This document shows positions 30,870-38,136 of a DNA stretch of 64,000 bases, piece by piece (position 1 is the first letter of the stretch; each line of letters begins with the position of its first letter). This DNA is from Flavobacteriales bacterium (GTDB taxonomy: Bacteria > Bacteroidota > Bacteroidia > Flavobacteriales_F > PHOS-HE28), in NCBI GenBank assembly GCA_016718655.1, contig JADKCV010000018.1, positions 19,009 to 83,008 of the forward strand. Direction: 5' to 3'. The position numbers were made by a program, and so were the translations under genes. The notes below the pieces were generated by a model. That model was not told where the DNA came from. It made no database searches and was given only the letters and a program-made list of their open reading frames with translations.

Positions 30870-31577
30870 ATGAGAACGCTGCACGTTGCTTTGATCGCCC
30901 TCTTCGCCCTCACCACCCAGGCCCAGACCCTTTCCTTCCCCGAATGGCAACTCCGTTCGGAGCAGGATCCTCTGTTGAAGCCACGTAGTAGTGCGTACCA
31001 GAACACCGAAGCGTTGCGTGACGAGGTGGTAAGCCTGCGCAGAACACTGCAATCCAAGGGACTGACGGTGAAACAGGCCTCCGACAGTGTGGTCGCCATG
31101 GGCTTCGTGGCACTGTTGAAGACCGACCATGTGAAGGCCCTGCGCCTGTTCAACCAGGCCTATGCCATCATGCCCGAGAACAGCGAAGCCTACCGGGGCT
31201 TCGGGGGCGTGTTCGAATCCATGGAGCGTCCGCTCGAAGCACATGAACAGTTCCGCGCCGGTTTGGCCTTGGATACCACCAACGCCAAGCTTTACCGCGA
31301 TGAAGCCTTGCTCCTGATGGAGGACCGGTATGCCTTCCTTCAGGACGAGCGTCCGCGGCAGGCCGACCAGTGCTTGGATGGTGCTTACAAGCATTTCAAC
31401 AAAGCCTATGCGCTCGACCCGACCGACAACACCACGACCTATTTCATGTTCGTGACGAACCTGTTGCGGATGAACTGCGTGAAGGCCTGGGAATACCATG
31501 ATCTGGCCGTGGCTCAGAACGGTCGCTCCATCGAAGAGCAGTACCGGCTTATGCTGAACGAGTCCTGCAAGCGCTGA
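30870..31577 (+). CDS. Secreted TPR protein (paralogue B)
   Basis: Signal peptide; QTLSFPEWQ...LLKP; ALRLFNQAYAIMPEN; aligns over its full length with paralogue A. Confidence 0.75.
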   Translation: MRTLHVALIALFALTTQAQTLSFPEWQLRSEQDPLLKPRSSAYQNTEALRDEVVSLRRTLQSKGLTVKQASDSVVAMGFVALLKTDHVKALRLFNQAYAIMPENSEAYRGFGGVFESMERPLEAHEQFRAGLALDTTNAKLYRDEALLLMEDRYAFLQDERPRQADQCLDGAYKHFNKAYALDPTDNTTTYFMFVTNLLRMNCVKAWEYHDLAVAQNGRSIEEQYRLMLNESCKR

Positions 31578-31617
31578 GCGGATGATATGGTGTAGCTTGG
31601 GCGGACCCAGGAACACC

Positions 31618-33528
31618 ATGCGGAACATCTCCTCACTCCTATCGCTCCTAGCGATCCCGGTTCTGACCGCGCAGACCCCTTGTGTGAACGGCTTCGCCGG
31701 TCCTTACGCGTGCCAGAACGTGGACCTTCTGGCCACCATGAGCCTGGCGCAGCTGGGGACAGCGACCAATGTGGCCGACTTGTGGGGTTGGACGGATCCA
31801 TTGACCGGCACGGAGTACGCCATTGTGGGTGGTCGCACCGGTACTTCGTTCGTGGACCTGAGCGTACCCACGGCACCGGTCCTCATCGGCTTCCTTCCAG
31901 CGCACAACGGTGTGTCGTCACTTTGGCGCGACGTGGACACACATGGCAACTGGTGCTTCGTAGGCAGCGAAGCTGCAGGACACGGTATGCAGGTGTTCGA
32001 CCTTACCAGACTGCGCACCGTGACCACTCCACCAGCCACCTTCACGGAGGATGCCCACTACGCGGGCTTCGGCAACAGCCATACCATCTTCGCGGACAAG
32101 ACGGAACCTTATGTATACGCGGTAGGTGCGAACGTTTTCAGCGGTGGGCTCATCGTGGTGAACGTGAGCAACCCGTTGGCCCCCACCTTGGCAGGCACTT
32201 TCACCAGCGAAGGCTACATCCACGAGAACGCCGTGTTCGATTATCAAGGGCCGGATACCGAGCATGTTGGCAAACGGATCAGCTTCAATTTCCACATCAA
32301 CGCCAATGACCGGGTGACCATCACCGATGTGACCGACAAGACGGACATCACCCTGATCGCCACTACGCCGGTCTATCAGGTAAGAAGCCTTTGCCACCAA
32401 GGCTGGCTCACCGAGGACCACCGTTTCCTGCTCATGAACGATGAGGGCGATGAGCAGAGCGGCAACTACAACACGCGCACGCACATCTTCAATGTGGAGA
32501 ACCTGGATGTACCGGTCTATGTGGGCTTCTTCAGCGGGCCCAACCCCAGCTACGACCATAACCTGTACACGCACCAGGGCTTGGTGTGGGAGGCCAACTA
32601 TACCAGCGGACTACATGTCCTGGACCCCACGGATATTGCAACGGGTAACCTGACGCTGGTGGCCTCCTTCGACAACTACACGGCCAACAACGGACGATCG
32701 TATAACGGAGCGTGGGGCAACTACCCCTATTTCGCCAGTGGCATCGTGATCGTGAGCAGCTTTGGTGAAGGGCTGTTCGTGCTGCGGCCGAAGCTCTCGC
32801 TCCACGTGAAGGCCATGCTCGACGGGCCGTACGTGCCAGGCGAGGACAGGATGCATGACTCGTTGCGTGTGAACGGCCTGATCCCGCTGACCGAACCCTA
32901 CACCGGGCTGGGCTATGCACATGTGCTTGGCGGCGGAGAAAGCACTTCGGCCACGGTGCTGTCCGCCACGGGTCCCAACGCCATTGTGGATTGGGTGGTG
33001 GTGGAACTACGCGATGCCCTGGACCCCACCATCGTTCGGGGCACACGGAGCGCCTTGGTCCAGCGGGATGGGGATATCGTGGGGACGGATGGCACCTCGG
33101 CCGTACAATTCGACCTGGCTGTGAAGGACTACCACATCGCGGTCCGGCACCGGAACCACTTGGGTGTGATGACCGCAGCTGCCGTGCGCGTGAGCGTGGC
33201 ACCAAAGCACTACGACCTGAGCAATGGCAGCATGGCGCTCTTCGGGACGGAGCCATCACGGAGCGTGGGCTCCCGGAACGTGCTTTGGAGCGGCAACACC
33301 TTGGTCGACGACATCCTACGATACAGTGGCAGCACCAACGACCGCGACCCCATACTCGCTCGCGTGGGAGGCGCGGTACCCACGGCCACCAGTGCGGGTT
33401 ATCTTCCGGAGGACGTGAACATGGATGGTAAAGTGCGTTATGTAGGTGCCTCCAATGATCGGGACCCCATCCTCTTCAACATCGGTGGTGTGGTGCCCAC
33501 CCAGACCCGGACGGAGCAATTGCCCTAG
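31618..33528 (+). CDS. Choice-of-anchor B (LVIVD-repeat propeller) protein with a dockerin-like C-terminal region
   Basis: CQNVDLLA, DLWGWTDP..GTEYAI, HQGWLTED...DEGDE, DHNLY, GAWGNYPYF; C-terminal twin motifs ending NDRDPIL. Confidence 0.82.
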   Translation: MRNISSLLSLLAIPVLTAQTPCVNGFAGPYACQNVDLLATMSLAQLGTATNVADLWGWTDPLTGTEYAIVGGRTGTSFVDLSVPTAPVLIGFLPAHNGVSSLWRDVDTHGNWCFVGSEAAGHGMQVFDLTRLRTVTTPPATFTEDAHYAGFGNSHTIFADKTEPYVYAVGANVFSGGLIVVNVSNPLAPTLAGTFTSEGYIHENAVFDYQGPDTEHVGKRISFNFHINANDRVTITDVTDKTDITLIATTPVYQVRSLCHQGWLTEDHRFLLMNDEGDEQSGNYNTRTHIFNVENLDVPVYVGFFSGPNPSYDHNLYTHQGLVWEANYTSGLHVLDPTDIATGNLTLVASFDNYTANNGRSYNGAWGNYPYFASGIVIVSSFGEGLFVLRPKLSLHVKAMLDGPYVPGEDRMHDSLRVNGLIPLTEPYTGLGYAHVLGGGESTSATVLSATGPNAIVDWVVVELRDALDPTIVRGTRSALVQRDGDIVGTDGTSAVQFDLAVKDYHIAVRHRNHLGVMTAAAVRVSVAPKHYDLSNGSMALFGTEPSRSVGSRNVLWSGNTLVDDILRYSGSTNDRDPILARVGGAVPTATSAGYLPEDVNMDGKVRYVGASNDRDPILFNIGGVVPTQTRTEQLP

Positions 33529-33539
33529 GCCACACCAGG

Positions 33540-33575
33540 AACGCAAAAGCCCGGCCGAGGCCGGGCTTTTGCGTT
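33540..33575. terminator. Bidirectional intrinsic terminator
   Basis: Perfect 17-bp inverted repeat AACGCAAAAGCCCGGCC-GA-GGCCGGGCTTTTGCGTT between convergent genes. Confidence 0.9.
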
Positions 33576-33589
33576 GAGGACCTCCCTGA

Positions 33590-33709
33590 TCAGGAGGCCT
33601 TCTCGGTCTTTGTGACCTCTTGCTTCGCAGCTGCAGCAGCTTTGAGGCGGGCGATCTTGCGGGTTGCGTTGCGCTTGCGGTTGGCTTGCGCTTGTGGGTC
33701 CTGTGCCAT
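33590..33709 (-). CDS. Small basic protein, 39 aa (MAQDPQAQANRKRNATRKIARLKAAAAAKQEVTKTEKAS)
   Basis: Own -7 box (TACCTTCG 33737-33730), A-rich leader (CCAAGGAAAC-ATG), and the terminator 15 nt past the stop. Confidence 0.65.
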   Translation of the reverse strand: MAQDPQAQANRKRNATRKIARLKAAAAAKQEVTKTEKAS

Positions 33710-33729
33710 GTTTCCTTGGAATTGAGCGG

Positions 33730-33737
33730 CGAAGGTA
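33730..33737 (-). promoter_or_regulatory. -7 box variant TACCTTCG for the small protein
   Basis: TAnnTTCG ending 21 nt upstream of ATG 33709. Confidence 0.55.
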
Positions 33738-34065
33738 GGGGTTTCCGGTTTGAATCGTTCGTTCTGAGCCGCGCTGCACCGAAAGCATGCACGAACATCC
33801 CCTAGCGGACCACGGACCGAATGAGCGTATGCCCCATCAGCGATGCCTGGGGTTGGTAAGGGCCTTCCGACCACGGACCTACAACCCGACCTGGAAAGGT
33901 GATCGTTCGAGCGTGCTTCCGAAGCCCCCATTACCGGTTCTTTGGATACGGATGGGAAGAGTCGCACTCACCGCCCCCAAGCCACCGGTGGAATGGGCCA
34001 TAGCGCACCTGGAAAAAGGTCATACGGCACGGTGGACCGAGCACTTGGAACAGGCATCATTGATA

Positions 34066-34100
34066 TGAGTTTTTTAAAGTTGTACTTTAGATTCCTCAAA
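34066..34100 (+). repeat. Left 35-bp AT-rich imperfect palindrome (inverted copy of the 35293-35327 site)
   Basis: TGAGTTTTTTAAAGTTGTACTTTAGATTCCTCAAA matches the reverse complement of the right site at 31/35 positions; ends 8 nt before the ATPase ATG. Confidence 0.9.
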
Positions 34101-34108
34101 GTCATACC

Positions 34109-35275
34109 ATGCGCCACATCGACCGCGAACTGGCTCCCGTGCTCGTGAAAGCAGCTCGGGGTTTCCCGGCCATTGTACTCACCGGGCCACGCCGGGCGGG
34201 CAAGACCGTGCTGTTGCGCAAGCTGTTCCCCAAGGCTTCCTATACCCTGCTCGAGGATCCCGATGTGATCGCGCGGCTGCGATCGGACCCACAGGGCTTT
34301 CTGGATGGATTGCCCTTGCCAGCGGTCCTGGATGAAGTGCAGAACGTACCGGAACTGCTGAACTACATCCGATCGCGCATCGATGCGAAGCCGCGGCGCA
34401 CGGGGCAGTGGTTCATCACGGGCTCGCAAGAAGCACCCTTGATGCGCGGCGTGACCGAGAGCATGGCGGGCCGCGCGGCCATCCTGCACCTTTACCCCTT
34501 GTCCACGACGGAATCTTCCAAAGTGGACATCCTGCACGGTGGCTACCCGGAAGCCGTGGCCCGCCCCAAGAGCGCATCGCTCTGGTTCAGTTCCTACGTG
34601 CAGACCTATTTGGAGCGCGATGTGCGAGCGGTGACCAACGTGCGCGACCTGGCAACCTTCCGGCGGTTCATGGCCTTACTGGCCACTCGGCACGGGCAGA
34701 TCCTGAACCGCAGCGAGTTCGCGGGACCATTGGGGGTGAGCGTACCGACCATCAACCAATGGCTCGGCGTGTTGGAGACCACCCAGCAGCTCATCATCGT
34801 ACCTCCGTTCTACGACAACCTGGGCAAGCGCCTCACCAAGTCGCCGAAGATCTACTTCACCGACAGTGGGCTGGCGTGCCATCTGCTGGGAATCAACACT
34901 AAGGCGGAACTGGAACGGTCGCCCTTTCTGGGGGCCTTGTTCGAGGGCTACGTGGCCGCGGAGATCGTGAAACGGCAGGTGAACGCTGGTGAGCGTCGCG
35001 AACTGTACCACTTCCGCGACGAGCAAGGACTGGAGGTGGACTTCCTAGTGCCCGGCCGCAACGGTGCCCTTACGTTGATCGAGTGCAAAGCCACCCGATC
35101 GCCCTTCCCGGCCATGGCAGCGAACCTGGTCAAGCTGAAGAACGACCTCGCCCGGAAACAAAAGACACGCACCCAGGTTGACGCCATCCTGCTTCACCGC
35201 AAGGGAACGAAGTCCACTTCCCGGGCGCTGATACCAGGGGTTCTGGCGATGTCACTGGAACGCTGGCTCGGGTGA
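34109..35275 (+). CDS. AAA_14 ATPase + DUF4143 (PD-(D/E)xK-like) protein, COG1373-type
   Basis: Walker A GPRRAGKT; Walker B LDEVQ; ITGSQ; ESMAGR; GGYPE; YVQTYLERDVR; KSPKIYFTDSGL; GALFEGYV; LYHFRD..EVDF...IECK. Confidence 0.92.
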   Translation: MRHIDRELAPVLVKAARGFPAIVLTGPRRAGKTVLLRKLFPKASYTLLEDPDVIARLRSDPQGFLDGLPLPAVLDEVQNVPELLNYIRSRIDAKPRRTGQWFITGSQEAPLMRGVTESMAGRAAILHLYPLSTTESSKVDILHGGYPEAVARPKSASLWFSSYVQTYLERDVRAVTNVRDLATFRRFMALLATRHGQILNRSEFAGPLGVSVPTINQWLGVLETTQQLIIVPPFYDNLGKRLTKSPKIYFTDSGLACHLLGINTKAELERSPFLGALFEGYVAAEIVKRQVNAGERRELYHFRDEQGLEVDFLVPGRNGALTLIECKATRSPFPAMAANLVKLKNDLARKQKTRTQVDAILLHRKGTKSTSRALIPGVLAMSLERWLG

Positions 35276-35288
35276 TCGGACCGGGCTA

Positions 35289-35333
35289 AATATTTGAGTA
35301 TTTTAAAGTACAACTTTAAAATACTCAAATATT
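35289..35333. repeat. Right AT-rich perfect palindrome (21-bp arms, 3-nt centre)
   Basis: AATATTTGAGTATTTTAAAGT-ACA-ACTTTAAAATACTCAAATATT, starting 13 nt after the ATPase stop. Confidence 0.92.
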
Positions 35334-35347
35334 ATCACCTTACGTTC

Positions 35348-35384
35348 TTGCAGAAAGCCCAGCTGATCACCGGGCTTTCTGCAA
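35348..35384 (-). terminator. Intrinsic terminator, probably of ettA and possibly bidirectional
   Basis: 13-bp inverted repeat TTGCAGAAAGCCC / GGGCTTTCTGCAA. Confidence 0.75.
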
Positions 35385-35401
35385 CTTGACAAGGCGGTGG
35401 A

Positions 35402-37093
35402 TCACCCCCGCACCAGCTTCTTGTACTTCAGCCTATGCGGAATGATATCCCCCACACGCTTCTTGTAGTTCTCCTCGTATTCGCTGAAGCCGCCTTCGAA
35501 CCAGTACACCTTGCTGTCGCCCTCGAAGGCGAGGATGTGGGTGCAGACGCGGTCCATGAACCAACGGTCGTGGCTGATGATTACGGCACAGCCGCTGTAG
35601 TCCTCGATGGCCTCCTCCAGCGCGCGGAGCGTGTTCACGTCCAGGTCGTTGGTGGGTTCGTCAAGCAGTAGCACGTTGCTGCCCTGTTTGAGGGTCATGG
35701 CCAGGTGCAGGCGGTTGCGCTCGCCACCGGAGAGCACACCCACCTTCTTGTTCTGGTCGGTTCCGGTGAAGTTGAAGCGGGCCAGGTAGGCGCGGCTGTT
35801 CACCAAGGTGCCACCGATGGCCATGTTCTCCAAGCCACCGCTCACCACTTCGTACACGGACTTTTCTGCCAGTAGTTCCTTGTGGCTCTGGTCGACGTAC
35901 GCCAACTGCACGGTATCACCCAGGTTGATGGTACCTGAATCCGGCTTCTCCTCGCCCATGACCATGCGGAACAGGGTGGTCTTACCTGCACCGTTGGGGC
36001 CGATGATCCCCACAATGCCTGCGGGCGGCAAGCTGAACGTCAGGTCTTCGAAGAGCACGCGATCACCGAAGGCCTTGGTCACACCCTTGAACTCGATGAC
36101 CTTATCTCCCAAGCGCTGTCCGTTGGGAATGTAGATCTCGAGCTTGGCCTCCTTCTCCTTCACACTCTCGCTCTGCATCTTCTCGTAATTCTCGAGTCGG
36201 GCCTTGCTCTTGGTGCGGCGGGCCTTGGCGTTGCTGCGCACCCACTCCAACTCCTGCTTCAAGATGCGGTTGCGCTTGCTCTCCACTTTCTCCTCCAGCG
36301 ACAATCGGGCGGTCTTCTGCTCGAGCCAGTTGGTATAATTGCCCTTGTAGGGGATGCCCTCGCCGCGGTCCAGTTCCAGGATCCATCCGGCCACATTGTC
36401 CAGGAAGTAACGGTCGTGGGTGATGGCGATGACGGTACCCTTGTAATCCGCGAGGTGGTGCTCCAACCAGGCCACGCTCTCGGCGTCCAAGTGGTTGGTG
36501 GGTTCGTCCAGCAGCAGGATGTCGGGGGCTTGTAGCAGCAGGCGGCAGAGGGCCACACGGCGGCGCTCACCACCGGACAGGACATTGATCTTGGCATCCG
36601 GCTCAGGGCAGCGCAATGCATCCATGGCGATGTCCAACTTCTGGTCGATGTTCCAGGCATCAGCGGCCTCGATCTTGTCCTGCAACACCCCTTGACGCGC
36701 GATGAGCTTGTCCATCTTATCGGGGTCGTTGAGGATATCCTCGTCGGCGAACTTGTTGTTCACGTCCTCGTACTCCTTCAACAGGTCCATGATCGGTTGC
36801 ACGCCTTCGCGCACGATGTCGATCACGGTCTTGGTCTCGTCCAGGTCAGGCTCCTGCTCCAGGTGGCCGATGGAATAGCCGGGGCTCAGGTGCACATCGC
36901 CATCGAAGTTCTTGTCCTTGCCGGCGATGATGCGCATCAGCGTGGACTTACCCGATCCGTTGAGACCGAGTATCCCGATCTTGGCCCCGTAGTAGAACCC
37001 GAGGTAGATATCGTTGAGGATCTTCTTTCCGGAAGGCAGGGTCTTGCCCACCTTCACCATATTGAAGATTATCTGACGTCCTTCTTCTGCCAT
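35402..37093 (-). CDS. ettA: Energy-dependent translational throttle protein EttA (ABC-F)
   Basis: Two ABC cassettes: GLNGSGKSTL / LSGGERRR / LLDEPTNHLD and GPNGAGKTTL / LSGGERNR / LLDEPTNDLD; FYYGAKIG; linker WVRSNAKAR. Confidence 0.95.
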   Translation of the reverse strand: MAEEGRQIIFNMVKVGKTLPSGKKILNDIYLGFYYGAKIGILGLNGSGKSTLMRIIAGKDKNFDGDVHLSPGYSIGHLEQEPDLDETKTVIDIVREGVQPIMDLLKEYEDVNNKFADEDILNDPDKMDKLIARQGVLQDKIEAADAWNIDQKLDIAMDALRCPEPDAKINVLSGGERRRVALCRLLLQAPDILLLDEPTNHLDAESVAWLEHHLADYKGTVIAITHDRYFLDNVAGWILELDRGEGIPYKGNYTNWLEQKTARLSLEEKVESKRNRILKQELEWVRSNAKARRTKSKARLENYEKMQSESVKEKEAKLEIYIPNGQRLGDKVIEFKGVTKAFGDRVLFEDLTFSLPPAGIVGIIGPNGAGKTTLFRMVMGEEKPDSGTINLGDTVQLAYVDQSHKELLAEKSVYEVVSGGLENMAIGGTLVNSRAYLARFNFTGTDQNKKVGVLSGGERNRLHLAMTLKQGSNVLLLDEPTNDLDVNTLRALEEAIEDYSGCAVIISHDRWFMDRVCTHILAFEGDSKVYWFEGGFSEYEENYKKRVGDIIPHRLKYKKLVRG

Positions 37094-37260
37094 GGTCGTT
37101 GCGTTGGCACCGGTCTGTGGAGAGCGGCGGCGATTGAGAATGCTGCCAGGTTGGTCCGGCAGGTGCAGCCACCCTGTTCCGGGCCGCGAAGATCGCGCTT
37201 CGCGGTGGATGTTGCACCACGTTTGAAGGAACGACGGTGGATCCCGTCCCGCAAGGTACC

Positions 37261-37635
37261 TTAGCGGGTCACCACATCCATGGAGATGATGCTGTCCACC
37301 ACGAACTTGCTATGGCCCCGCCACGGTAAAGCGGCCACGTATTCGCGGTAGTGCAGGTTGAACTGGTTACCACTGTTGGCCATGAGCTGCTCGGCCACGT
37401 TGGGGTCGCTCACCGAGAAGAGGAACTCGAAGCTTTGGAAGGTGCCGGCCTGGCTGCGCACACCGGTCTGGATCATCTTGCCCTCATAGGTCTTGAAGAG
37501 CACGCCCTTGTGCACCACGTAGTTCAGCTCACCCGCCTTGGCGCCGGTGCCAAATACCCAGTAGTAGCGGAAGTAGCCAACCCCGCCAAGCACCAGAACA
37601 AGGATGAGGATGATCTTCCAAAGGTGTTGGCGCAT
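37261..37635 (-). CDS. Conserved small Bacteroidota membrane-anchored hypothetical protein
   Basis: N-terminal TM helix, then G.KAGEL...HKGVLFKTYEG and LHYRE...LPWRG.S.FVVDSI. Confidence 0.7.
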   Translation of the reverse strand: MRQHLWKIILILVLVLGGVGYFRYYWVFGTGAKAGELNYVVHKGVLFKTYEGKMIQTGVRSQAGTFQSFEFLFSVSDPNVAEQLMANSGNQFNLHYREYVAALPWRGHSKFVVDSIISMDVVTR

Positions 37636-37727
37636 GGCTGTAGGCTTGATGCGCCGAAGATAGGCCGCCTCGACCTCCTCCCACCTGCCGCCGCTCATCC
37701 CGAAGATCTAACCGTCCATCACTTCAA

Positions 37728-37770
37728 GGTACTTTGTCTTGCATAGTACCAACCCATGCCCGTATGTTTG
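37728..37770 (+). promoter_or_regulatory. padR promoter (-33 TTG 37739-41, -7 TATGTTTG 37763-70) overlapped by palindrome GGTACT-N11-AGTACC
   Basis: 21-nt spacing between the -33 and -7 boxes; the 37728-37750 palindrome covers the -33 box. Confidence 0.65.
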
Positions 37771-37797
37771 CATCGTCAAGTACTAGATACGAACCCC

Positions 37798-38136
37798 ATG
37801 AACGTCGAGAACACCAAAGCGCAGATGCGGAAGGGGGTATTGGAGTACTGCATCCTGAGCATCCTGGCACAGGGAGAGCTGTATCCATCGGACATCATCA
37901 GCAAGCTGAAGGAGGCGAAGCTGATCGTGGTGGAAGGCACGCTGTACCCCCTGCTGACCCGGTTGAAGGATGCAGGCCTCCTCACCTACCGCTGGGAGGA
38001 ATCGCGTAGCGGCCCACCCCGCAAATACTACAAGCTCACCACCGTGGGCGATAAGTTCCTCACCGAGCTCGACCAGACCTGGGACGAGCTGAGCCAAGCC
38101 GTCAAGAAGACCACCCGGAAGAACGTACAACGATGA
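37798..38136 (+). CDS. PadR family transcriptional regulator
   Basis: QMRKGVLEYCIL, EGTLYPLLTRL, WEESRSGPPRKYY. Confidence 0.95.
   Translation: MNVENTKAQMRKGVLEYCILSILAQGELYPSDIISKLKEAKLIVVEGTLYPLLTRLKDAGLLTYRWEESRSGPPRKYYKLTTVGDKFLTELDQTWDELSQAVKKTTRKNVQR

Noticed and set aside
34066-35333. XerC/D dif or pdif sites, or IS terminal repeats
   Set aside because: No resemblance to the dif consensus (XerD arm TTATGTTAAAT), no transposase and no target-site duplication. Kept only as an unexplained inverted pair.
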